Below, piece after piece: positions 1-9,582 of a stretch of 20,000 nucleotides of DNA. Positions within the stretch are counted from its first letter, which is position 1; each line of letters begins with the position of its first letter. A program made the position numbers and the translations under genes. The notes under the pieces were generated by a model. It was given only the letters and a program-made list of their open reading frames with translations, did no database searches and was not told where the DNA came from. Origin of the DNA: Emiliania huxleyi CCMP1516 (taxonomy: Eukaryota); the NCBI RefSeq assembly GCF_000372725.1, contig NW_005201792.1, positions 1,236,785 through 1,256,784 on the forward strand, written 5' to 3'.

Positions 1-252
1 GTGTCGTTGTGCCCTTGTTTGTACTCTTGGCACTGTGCGTGCTGGGGGGGGCGACAGGGAGGATGTGGCCTTGAGTTATGTGTACGCCAACTCAGGGTGT
101 GTGGCAGCCAGCTGGCTGTGTGTCTTGTGAGCCTTTTGTGTCTGTGTGTCGCTCGTGCGTGCCGTCATCATCTGTCCAGCGTCCACCCATACCGCGTACC
201 GTTGGTGTCCAGTCCGAGCCTGGCTGTTCTTCACCTTCCTACATACATACAT
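1..252 (+). mobile_element. Possible 3' UTR end of a non-LTR retroelement with a (TACA)n tail, running off the window start
   Basis: GT-rich non-coding stretch with a stem-loop (CCTTGAGTT...AACTCAGGG, 69-97). It ends in TACATACATACAT (240-252), after which coding-like sequence starts abruptly. Inference only; no ORF or TSD is visible. Confidence 0.3.
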
Positions 253-390
253 CGGACGTGCTGCAGAACAAGCTGACGCGGGCCGCCCAGTGGTACCTCG
301 ACGAGGTGACTTCGACCACCAAGAATTGGCTGGGGCTGCAGAAGCAGCGTATCTCGGTCGTCTTCACACGGCAATCGCAACCCCGCTCCC
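253..390 (+). pseudogene. Possible frameshifted C-terminus of an RLE-type (CRE-like) non-LTR retrotransposon ORF
   Basis: Reads DVLQNKLTRAAQWYLDEVTSTTKNWLGLQKQRISV, then after a 1-nt frameshift LHTAIA. This resembles from memory the terminal 'QR(I/L)SVAL(Q/H)..A' helix of RLE-clade LINE proteins; not verified by search. Confidence 0.3.
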
Positions 391-1107
391 GACTCCCTGG
401 GCGAGGACGGTGGCATTGGGTCGCACCCACTTCCACCCCCAGAAGGTCGAGCCCGCTCTCCCTGGTCGACGAGTCGCGCCCGCACCCGCGGCCTCTCTAT
501 CGTCCTCGGCTCGCCCCCCCCCCCACCGCCGGCTCCTCTTCAGGCTCGGGGAGGCGTGGCCCTCCCTGTCGAAGATCACGGTGGTCCGGCTGCCACTGCG
601 ACGGGCCTTCCCCCGGTGAGCTCGTACGTCCCAACTCCACTCGCAGAGGCCGCGTCAGCTCATCTCTCGCCTCCTCCGACAGCTGACCCCAAGCCCCCCC
701 TGGGGCCCTCCGGCCTCGGCCTTCCGGCTCGCTGGCGGGCCCGTTATCGTATTGCGGCAACTCCCCTCCCCCTCTCCCCCAGCTCCTCCTCCCGGGTACT
801 CCAACCTCTGGCGGGGCGGTTCCGGATCCCCCAGGGCGGAGAGGCAAAATCTGCAAGGGCGTCGGTGCCGTGCCATGGGTCGATGAGTACGTCACGGACT
901 ACGTGTGTGCGCTGTGTGGGTACCGTTTGTTTGTGGCCGAAGCCGATGGGCTACACTAAGCCCCCGCCGGGAATGCTGGGCGCCGCCGGGGCTCCTCCTG
1001 CGATGTCGCCAGCGATGGAGCGGTGAGGGAAGAGCTGTGGCCTCCGCGCATAAATTCATGCGACTCTCTTTTTTTTCTGTAACGACGCTGGCTTTGCGCG
1101 AACCGCC

Positions 1108-1255
1108 CGTAGCGGAGTGGGCCCCGAGTTTGAAAAGGGCGACGGACGCTTGCGTCCTAGCCTCCAACAACGCCTCCCCGGCGCAGAGGGGCCCCCGGAG
1201 GGATGCTCAACCGCTCCACGCCACGCCGCTTGCGGCGGTCCTATCCCCAGCTCCG
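1108..1255. repeat. Direct repeat copy 1 (~148 bp)
   Basis: 1108-1242 matches 2176-2310 with one mismatch in 135 bp. The match continues for 13 bp (two mismatches) at 2411-2423, beyond the insertion in copy 2. Confidence 0.95.
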
Positions 1256-1854
1256 CTGAGGGCCGGTTCGTTATTTTGACCGCGCAAGATATGAAGGGTG
1301 GCTAAGGGCTCTGCTCGCAAGGCGCCCGCGTCGCAGACGCGGTACCATTGACAAATCTGCAATATACCCCCACACGAGCAAATAGCAAAATCCGAATACC
1401 GTGCACGAACTGCGTGATCTGGGCCGGGCAAGCCTTCAGCTGGTGCCAAGACATGGTAAAATTGAAGCCGCGACGTCCGCCAAATCCGTGCTTTCGGAGC
1501 AACTGAGGGAAAGCCGCTGATCGAGCCCAGCGTGCCCGCGGCCGCCTCCCGCGCAGCACCGCCGCTGGGGACGACACGCTGCGGAATCGGATCGAGCCCA
1601 TGCACCGGGCAAAGAAGGACGCTGCAGAAGCGGTTGGAGAGGCAGCCGGCGTCTGCCGTCACAACGAGTCCCAGCGCTGGTTGGACATGCGCGTCGGCTC
1701 GCCCGAGGACTGCTATCGCGACCCTCCCGTCGTGCCGCAGCCTCCGACGAGCTCTGCAACCGAGGAGAGTGAGGGTGCGCCTCCCCTCACTGCTGGCCTG
1801 GCTGCGCACCGCCCCACAAAGCACCCCCTCGAGCATCTCTACAAGTACAAGTAG

Positions 1855-1932
1855 AAGGGCGACCTTCTCCAAGTCGTCAACGCGCCCGGCGGCTCCGGCA
1901 AGACTTTAGCCTTGGCCACCCTCCTTGCGGAG
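1855..1932 (+). pseudogene. Decayed P-loop NTPase fragment (Walker A, SF1/PIF1-helicase-like context)
   Basis: In frame just after the TAG ending ORF 1600-1854: KGDLLQVVNAPGGSGKTLALATLLAE, with APGGSGKT at 1882-1905. A hydrophobic strand precedes the motif and a helix follows it. No Walker B is seen and the frame stops at about 2007. Confidence 0.4.
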
Positions 1933-2175
1933 CAGGAGGAGATCCGCTCTCGGTCGGCAACGTGGCAGCTAGTCGAGGGACTCGGTAGTTGTGACCCCCC
2001 TGAGTGAGGACAGGGAGAGAGAGAGCTTTTGTGGTGCTGGTGTACGCAATAACGGGACAGGGTAGTCGTTCTCTCTAGCTCCCCTTCTAGCTCTTAGCAT
2101 GAGCTGTGCCCTGTGTCCGACCCCTTTTGCGCAGCAACACCTTAAACTTTTAGGCCCTCCAAATTCGGGTCGGAG

Positions 2176-2423
2176 CGTAGCGGAGTGGGCCCCGAGTTTG
2201 AAAAGGGCGACGGACGCTTGCGTCCTAGCCTCCAACAACGCCTCCCCGGCGCAGAGGGGCCCCCGGAGGGATGCACAACCGCTCCACGCCACGCCGCTTG
2301 CGGCGGTCCTCTTGAAGAAAGAAAGAAAACAGAGAAGCCAAGGGAGGGATGGGAGGACGGCACGCCGCCACCACACAGGGATTTTAAGGAGAGGTGTGTG
2401 ATGCGGTCCTCTTCCCAGCTCCG
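2176..2423. repeat. Direct repeat copy 2, interrupted by an 89-bp retroelement insertion plus TSD
   Basis: Near-identical to 1108-1255 once 2314-2402 and one copy of GCGGTCCTCTT are removed. Confidence 0.95.
2314..2402 (-). mobile_element. Severely 5'-truncated non-LTR retroelement copy (3' UTR only) with (TTTC)n tail and 11-bp TSD
   Basis: Flanked by perfect GCGGTCCTCTT at 2303-2313 and 2403-2413. The empty site is at 1235-1255. 2316-2386 matches 10236-10306 at 66/71 nt. On the minus strand it ends GTTTTCTTTCTTTCTTC. Confidence 0.8.
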
Positions 2424-2495
2424 TCTTTATTTTTTCTCTGTAACGGCGCCGGTGCGAACCGCCCGCAGCCGCCGAGAGCGCGCTTTCGCGTCTCC

Positions 2496-3771
2496 ATGGA
2501 CCGTGGCGTCCGGCTGCTGAGACCGTCGGCAGCGTCCGCCGTCGCCGGCTTCGCGGCCGGCGCGCTCGCTGGCGCGGCTGTGCTTGCGCTCTGGCTGCGC
2601 CGGCTGCGCCGCAACCTGCCGCTCTTGCTCGAGCGGGCGAGGCACGAGCGGCTGCCTCCACTGGTCGTCCTCGTGCGGCACGGCGAGTCGCAGGGCAACG
2701 CAGACCACACGCTGTACCGCACCAAGCCGGACAACCTGATCGAGGTGACTGAGCTGGGCACCGAGCAGGCCGAGGCGGCCGGCCGTCGCATTCGCGGCAT
2801 CGTCGGCAGCCGCCGCGCCCACCTCTTTGTGAGCCCTTTCCAGCGCACGCTCCAGACGGCGCGTTCGATTGAGCGCGCCTTTGATGCCGGCCAGATCGTG
2901 CGCACCTCCATCGACCCTCGGATCCGCGAGCAGGAGTTTGGCAACCTGCAGGAGCCAGGACCGCATCGGCGCGACCACGCGCTGCTGCGGCAGGAGCAGC
3001 AGATCGTCGGCCGCTTCTGGTCCGTCTTCGCCCCTCACACAGGGCGAAACCTGTCCACGGCGCCTCTGCACGCGCCGTGCGCCCTGAGCAGGTACCGCTT
3101 CCCGACCGGCGAGAGCGGCGCTGACGTGTACGACCGCGTCCGCACGTGGTGGGAGTCCGCGGTGCTGCGCGTCAACCAGCTGCCCTCCTCCGACACGGGC
3201 TGCGAGGCGGTGGTCGTGGTGACGCACGGCCTGACCATGCGGCTCATCCTGATGCAGCTCTACGGCTGGTCGCCAAAGACGTTCCACACGGCAACTCCCG
3301 CCCCTCCCCGACGCCTCCCGACCACCCGCTGCAGCGCATTCTTCACGCCCCTGCCAGCACGTACACGCCGCCTGCCTCCACCCCCGACGACCCCAGGTGT
3401 GGAACGCGGGCAACTGCGACGTGTACGTGCTGCGCCGCCTCTCCTCCGCGGCGATGCGAGACCCGCACTCGCCCGGCCTGCGCGGGACGAGCTCGCCGTA
3501 CGCCCTCGATGCCGACGTCGGCGACTCGCCGTGCTCGTCGATCGAGCTCGTGGTCGAGCTCAAGGGGGACGGCGCCAACCGCGCGCACACCTCCTCGCGC
3601 GGCAGGACGCACAGGCGCACCCTCACGCTGGAGAACTATCTTTCGGTGCCGCCGCCGCGGACGCTGCAGACGGAGGTCGTGCGCGGCATGATTGCGCAGC
3701 AGCACGGTCTGCCCGTCGACGACATAGTCAGCATCGACTTCGAGGCGGGGAGGGTGAGCAAGTTTCGATGA
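2496..3771 (+). CDS. Histidine phosphatase superfamily branch 1 (phosphoglycerate mutase-like; DET1/AT74-like) protein, ~365 aa; exons 2496-3019, 3092-3290, 3397-3771
   Basis: Motifs LVRHGESQGN, LFVSPFQRTLQTA, DPRIREQEFGNLQ, RFWYRFPTGESGADVYDRV (restored by splicing) and VVVTHG. Introns are 3020-3091 (GT-AG) and 3291-3396 (GC-AG). N-terminal hydrophobic segment AVAGFAAGALAGAAVLALW followed by Arg residues. Confidence 0.9.
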
Positions 3772-4236
3772 GACTCGAGATGTGTTAGGCTAGGGCGCGC
3801 GCGCCAGCTAAGGCTTGGACGACGCGCATGTGACGCGCATCTATCTATCTCTCTCTTCACGCCTATATAGCTCTCTGCCTCTCGGCCTGGGCCACCTCTG
3901 CTGTCCGGCCTACAGTGCGCTACGGAGCTACGGTCTCCGGCGCTCGCGCCCGGACCCCCGCGGGGGTTCGCTCGCATCTCGGCTCTTATCTTTCAAAACC
4001 CAGGCTTCGGCTCCTGTGGTTTCTCTCAACTCTCTCATTTTTGATGCTGCACATGTGGGAAACAATCAAAACTATCTCATCTCCTCGGTCAAGCTAAAGG
4101 GCCCTCGGCGACCGGCGGAGCGTCCCCTGCTTCCCGGAGCCGACGCGAGAGCACACACGACGCGTGTGCCCGAACGAGGCCCAACTGATAGTGGTGTACA
4201 GAGTCGTATCGTCGACCCTCTCGTGGCGGCGACGTG

Positions 4237-7200
4237 TCAAAAGAGCGACTTTGCGTCGTGCCGGAAGACCGTGAGATTCTGCGTGAAGCGGTCGCGGTTC
4301 TTGGCCTCGAGGCTGTTCTGCACGTCCGCCATCAGCCGCTCGAACGCGGCTGTCAGCTTCTGCTGCCGCTCGGGCGAGGCGGCCTGCTGCTGGACGATGG
4401 ACGCCTTCCACGAGGCGAAGTAGGAGGGGTTGGAGAGGATGAGCGCGAGCAGCGGCCGCGAGAGCGACCACTGGTTGGCGCAGTCCTCAAAGACAATCAT
4501 GTTGAGCAGCACGGCGAGCTGCGACGAAAAGAGCTCGGGCTCGCGAGAGAGGTGCGCGGCGAGCGCAGCCTTGACGGACGAGTCGCGGTCGTCCGTCGCG
4601 GCGGCAAAGTGGAAGGCGGCTAGGTGCTCGAGGGCAGCGGCGCACTGCGACGAGATTGCAACCTCGTGCGACTTGAGGCCGGCCTGCAGGCTGCTGCAGA
4701 TGTGCTGGAGGACGGGCGTGTCCAGCTCGACCAGCGTCGCGGTGTGGTTGCGCATGAGCAGCTCCATCAGGGTGAAGTAGGCCTTGCAGACCTTGGTGTA
4801 CGAGAGGATCTGCTCCGTCGGCAGAGAGAGGCACAGCTTGATGATCACCTGCCCACGGCGGCGAGAGGGGTGGCGGCGAACGGGGTGGCGGCGAGAGGGG
4901 TGGCGGCGAGGGGGGTGAGGGGGATGGGGAGGCAGGGCTGGGGGGCTGCGGTGATGGTGGTGGCGGTGGCGGTAGCGTGTGTTTGGGGCGGAGGCAGCCT
5001 CGAGGCAATCGGAGAGCGCGCGGTCGCCGTACAAGGCGAAGACCCCAAAGTTGACGTAGTTGCCGCTCAGCGCGCGCGTGAGGAGCACCATGCAGAGGCA
5101 GATCCCCTTGAGCCGCTGCGCGTACGGGTCGGCGCCGGCGGGCAGCTGGTGGTCGAGGATGCGCGAGCCGTAGGCAACGACGATGGCGGAGGCGTCGCGG
5201 AAGAGGAGGATACCGTTCGGCGAGGAGGAGTCGAAGGTGAGGCGCTGCGCCTTGTTGTAGACCAGCTCGGCGTACAGCTTGAGCAGCGGCGTCGTCACCT
5301 CGGGCATCGCGTAGTAGGTCATCGCGGCGCGCTGGAAGACGGGCGTGAAGGCGGGGTAGATCCACTCGAAGAAGAGCGTGTACGTGCGGCGCGAGGAGCA
5401 CGCAGCGACGATGCCGCGCAGGTCGCGCAGCGCGCCGACGAGCGCGACGCAGACCTGCGAAACGTGGCCGAGGCGCGGGCGAGGCGTGGGCCGAGGCGCG
5501 GGCGAGGCGTGGGCCGAGGCGAGGGCGAGGCGAGGGCGGGAGGCGTGGCCGAGGGGCAGCCAAGGCCGTGCCGACCAGCGCGGCGCCTGGGGCGACGAGA
5601 ACTGCTCGGGCGAGCTCTGCTCGCGCAGCTGCGTCATGAGCTCGGTGAAGGGCTTCATGAAGGCCTTGAAGGGGCCGGCCTGGTCGTCGGAGAAGAGGAG
5701 CTTGCAGAGGGTGCAGTAAAACGTGGTGCGCAGCCGCGAGTTTGCGGCGACGTCGAGGAAGGGGAACTCGGCCGAGGTGTGGTTGGCGAGGACGAGGTGC
5801 ACCGCCTCGAGCTTGAGGAGCAGCTTGCCCGACGAGTAGCCGCCCGCGAGGTCCGCGAGGAGGGTCAGCGTCTTCTCGGTGATGTCGAGGCAGTCGGAGC
5901 GCCGCTTGAGGTTGGCGATGATCTTGTTCATCAGCACGGCGAGCACGGCGAGGTGGTCGCTCAGGTTGAGCCGCTCCTGCAGCACGGCGTAGATCTTCGA
6001 GACGGCGGTCGCCTGGTCGCCGACGTACACCTTGCGGAACTGCTGCATGAAGAAGAGGAGGGCGAGCTCGAGGTGCTGGTTGGAGCGGACCTCTCTCCGC
6101 AGCTGCACGTTGGCCGGCGCGTCGAGGAGCGAGAGCAGCTGCAGCACGATGCACGTGAGCTCGGCGTCGACGAGCTGCTGCGCCTCCGAGTTGGAGGAGG
6201 GGGTGAGGTGCGAGCCCAGCACCGTGCCGATGATGTAGACGAGCCACGCGAGCTCGCCCTCGCACTGCGAGAGGCGCGCGGCCACGTCCGCGTCCCTCGC
6301 CCGCTCGGTGGGCAGGGAGAGGAGCTGCGAGTAGAGCTTGGCGCACGGCTCGAAGAGGGAGAGGACGTAGGAGGAGGCCTGCTGCAGCTGGAAGCGGCAG
6401 AGCGAGGGGAGGGTGTCGAGCTGCTCGGTGAGCTGCTCCTCGTTGTCGAGGGGGTCGTCGGGCCCGCCGCCCGGCTCGCCCCCCTGCTGCTGCAGCGCAC
6501 GGACCAGCTCCATGCGCGAGTGGATGAACGCGGTGATCACCTGCGGAGGAGGCGGCGAGGAGGCGGGCTCGCCGCGCCGCGGGCGGGGCGGGGCCTGCGC
6601 GGGCGGGTGCGCGTGTGCGCGTGCGCGTGCGCGGGGCTGCCTGCCTCAGTCGAGTGCCTAGGAAGTGTCTAGGAAGTGCGCGGGGCTGCCTGCCTCAGTC
6701 GAGTGCCTAGGAAGTGTCTAGGAAGTGCGCGGGGCTGCCTGCCTCAGTCGAGTGCCTAGGAAGTGTCTAGGAAGTGCGCGGGGCTGCCTGCCTCAGTCGA
6801 GTGCCTAGGAAGTGTCTAGGAAGTGCGCGGGGCTGCCTGCCTCAGTCGAGTGCCTAGGAAGTGTCTAGGAAGTGCGCGGGGCTGCCTGCGGCACGTACGA
6901 GTCGAGCTGCGAGGGGACGTCGCCCTTGAGGTACGGCATCGAGGCGACGAGCCGCGACCAGAGCGAGAGGAGGTAGTAGACCGAGTTAGCCGCCCACTGC
7001 CAGTGCTTGAACGAGTCGATCGTGAAGGTGGCCACCTAAATAAACAAACCAGCACATTGCTGATTGACCGATGAGTGAGTTCATTGTCGATCGTGAAGGT
7101 GGCCACCATCGAGATCCACTCGCGGTAGCAGTCCGCCTGCACGAGCTCCGACAGCTGGTAGTTCGCCTTGAGCCGCGCGAGCAGCCGGCAGAGCTCGTGG

Positions 7201-8864
7201 TAGTTTTCGTGCTCTGTCAGCCCGTGCTGGCTCTGCAGCAGGTGCAGCGTGCCGCGCAGCAGCCGGCCGAGGAAGGCCTGCGGCGAGGCGAGCGCGGCGA
7301 GGCGAAGCGAGCGTGTGGCGGGCGCGCGGAGCGGCCAAGGGGGTGCGGGAAGCGAGCGGGCAGGGGGTGCGCGTGGGGGTACGCGTGGAGGCTGCGGGTG
7401 GGGGGCGCGGGCGGGAGTGCGGGTGAAGCGGGCGTGGGCGGCGGATCCGGGGGACCCGTGGCGTGGGTGCGCCTGCCGGTGGCTGTCTGCCTTTGAGGGT
7501 GGCGGTGTCTCGGCTGCATCTCGGCTGCATCTCGGGACGCATCTCGGCTGCATCTAGGCTGCATCTCGGCTGCATCTCGGGCCGCATCTCGGCCGCATCT
7601 CGGGGCGCAGTTCGCCTGCCGCTCGTCGTCGGACGAGAAGAGGGAGCGGCGCAGAGAGGCAAGGAGGACGAGCACCTCGAGCGCCTTGGAGGAGATGGGC
7701 GCGGAGGAGGCGGCGTAGATGTCGAAGAAGAGCTGCATCGTCGCCGCCTCCTCCATCACCGAGCGCCACGAGGACGGAACCTGCGGCGCAAGGAGAGAGA
7801 AGGAGAGAGAAGGGGGAGGGGGGGGGGGGGAGGAGGAGGCTGGGGCGCGGTGGGGCGCGAACCGGCTCTGAAGGCGGGAGGTGTGGGGTCGGTCGGCGGG
7901 CGCCTGGACGGTGCCCATCTCCTCGGACGCCTCGTCGAGCGTGGTCCCGATGAAGTCGAAGCCGAGGCACGACAGGCAGAGCGAGAGCGACTGCTCTCGG
8001 ATGCGGGGCTCCTCGTCGCCAGAGCAGGGGATGGCGCCTGCCAGACAAGGTAGCCAAAGAGTGGCGAGAGGGGCACCGCCGACCCGCGGTGCGACCGGCC
8101 GGGCGCGGCGCCGGTCGAGAGCTGCTGGAGCGTGCGGAGCCCAATCTGCAAGATCTGGAAGAGAGCCGTGTCGCGAAACGAGGCCGAGACCTTGCGCTGC
8201 TGCGTGAGGGAGCGAGTGTTGCCCGCCATGTTCATCTCGGCGACGAGCTGCTGGAGCAGCTGCGGCGGAGGCGGCGGAGGCGGCGGGTCAGGCGCGGCAC
8301 CGGCGACGCGCGGCGCGGCGCGGCGGCTCGGTGCGTGCGGCGACGCCTGCAGGCCGAGCACGAGGTGCCCCGTCGTGGCGTGCAGAAACTTGGAAACCTC
8401 CTGCACGATCGCCTTGTGCTCCTCCCCCGACGACCAGCCGAGCTTGGTGACGGTGGCGACGATCTGCACCAGGTTGCTCGACACGAAGGGCTCGATGGAC
8501 GTGCCGCGTTGCGCGAGGTACGAGAGCGTGTAGTTTCGAAAGTCCAGCTGCTGCGACGGGGTCAGGTGGTTCCACGACTGCACGAGCAGCTTCTTCAGGG
8601 CGTTGGCCGCGACGAGCTGCGCGTAGGCGTACTTTGAGTGGTCCAGCACGAACTGGCACTGCGGCAGGTATTCGGGGGTGCTCGACAGCTGCACGAGGGC
8701 AGCCTCCGCCGCCGACCGCTCGGCCGCATCCGGGGAGGTGTAGAGCGTGGCGCAATATTGCTCAAACTGCTTCAGCTGTTCGCGGGGCGCGGCGGCAGCC
8801 GGGGTCAGCGCGGAGCGGGCGGTCTCGCGGCCGGCGGGCGGTGGGCGGCTCTGACCTGGTTCAT
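4237..8864 (-). CDS. XPO7: Exportin-7 / RanBP16 (importin-beta family), ~1075 aa; exons 8864-8856, 8775-8347, 8259-8112, 8037-7904, 7780-7616, 7277-7107, 7035-6886, 6540-5587, 5454-4999, 4848-4237
   Basis: Spliced frame is open over 3228 nt. Family motifs: FDFIGTTLDEASEEMGTVQVPSSWR, ASLRRSLF, NYHELCRLLARLKANYQLSELV, YYLLSLWSR, EGELAWLVYIIG, FRKVYVGDQ, RLTFDSSSPNGILLFR, GNYVNFGVFALYGD, FEDCANQWSLSRPLL, KNRDRFTQNLTVFR. All introns end in AG; seven of nine start with GC. Confidence 0.93.
4857..4916. repeat. Intronic 15-bp tandem repeat x4 (GGCGGCGAGAGGGGT), XPO7 intron 9
   Basis: Four consecutive near-identical units read directly. Confidence 0.85.
5464..5555. repeat. Intronic degenerate 11/12-bp repeat (GGCCGAGGCGY / GGGCGAGGCGY), XPO7 intron 8
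   Basis: Recurring CGAGGCG units at about 11-12 nt spacing inside 5455-5586. Confidence 0.75.
6627..6889. repeat. Perfect 49-bp minisatellite, ~5.4 copies, XPO7 intron 7
   Basis: Unit GCGCGGGGCTGCCTGCCTCAGTCGAGTGCCTAGGAAGTGTCTAGGAAGT. GCGGGGCTGC recurs at 6631, 6680, 6729, 6778, 6827 and 6876. Confidence 0.97.
7015..7107. repeat. 22-bp perfect direct repeat spanning both junctions of XPO7 intron 6
   Basis: GTCGATCGTGAAGGTGGCCACC at 7015-7036 and 7086-7107, separated by 49 AT-rich nt. Confidence 0.95.
7509..7603. repeat. Intronic 11/12-bp tandem repeat (CTCGGCTGCAT)n, ~8 copies, XPO7 intron 5
   Basis: GCATCTCGG core repeats with small variants. Confidence 0.9.
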
Positions 8865-9273
8865 CGCATGTGTCGATCGCAGGGCAGTCACCTCACGGCG
8901 GGGCTTTTCGTCATTCTTTTTCGCACTACTGGGCTTTCTTTTTCGTCACTCTTCCGCCACTGGAGTCCCCTGCGCGGGCCCCGCCCCCAGCCTGGCGGCG
9001 GGGCCCTTGCGAAGGAGCGACTGGCAGAGCTGTACAGCACGCGGACGGACGATGGACAACGAAGCATTAGTTAGTAGTCTACTGACCGCCCGACCATGGC
9101 GGCTCAAGTCAATTATTAATATTGCTGGTGTCCGCCGTGCCAGGCGCCGTTCCACTTCAGCGCCGCCGGTCTGGCGCGGTTTCCTATTTGCAGTTATTGC
9201 ACGCCGCGCCGCCGTCGGGCGAACGAACTTATCGGCGGCAGCAACTTACATGAGCGCCATTTTGTACTGAGCC

Positions 9274-9582
9274 CTGGCTGTCAGGCTGTCAGGTGCTGTC
9301 AGGTGATCTGTCTGGCTGTCGGGCACTGTCAGGCACTGTCAGGTGCCTCTGTCAGACCAGCTGTCAGGTGCTGTCAGTGCTGTCGGGTGCTGTCGGGTGC
9401 TTGTCTGTGACAGGCGAGGTGCTCTGGTGCTGTCGGGTGCTGTCGGAGCTGTCGGGTGTTGGCTGTTGCTGTCAGACGCTGTCGGAGCTGTCAGAGCTGT
9501 CAGGCTGCTGCTGCTGTCAGACGTAGGGCCGGTACTGTCAGGTCTGTCAGGTGGTGCTGTTGGGGTGCTGTCAGGCTCAGGG
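9274..9582. repeat. Degenerate ~9-10-bp minisatellite (GTGCTGTCRG)n
   Basis: More than 20 CTGTC(A/G)G cores in ~310 bp, nearly all in one orientation. Confidence 0.9.

Noticed and set aside
1108..2423. Canonical LTR retrotransposon or ribozyme-bearing repeat
   Set aside because: No TG...CA termini, PBS, PPT or gag/pol. No hammerhead CUGANGA core or HDV topology could be fitted by eye.
2394..3788. 464-aa unspliced ORF as the phosphatase protein
   Set aside because: It begins inside the retroelement insert, reads through intron 1 and goes out of frame after intron 2. The spliced model restores family motifs.
4487..6672. 682-aa plus-strand ORF and 619-aa alternative-frame ORF
   Set aside because: Antisense and shifted-frame shadows of GC3-rich XPO7 exons, with no independent motifs.
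6627..6889. CRISPR-like regular repeat
   Set aside because: Units are identical head-to-tail with no unique spacers, and they lie in a eukaryotic intron.
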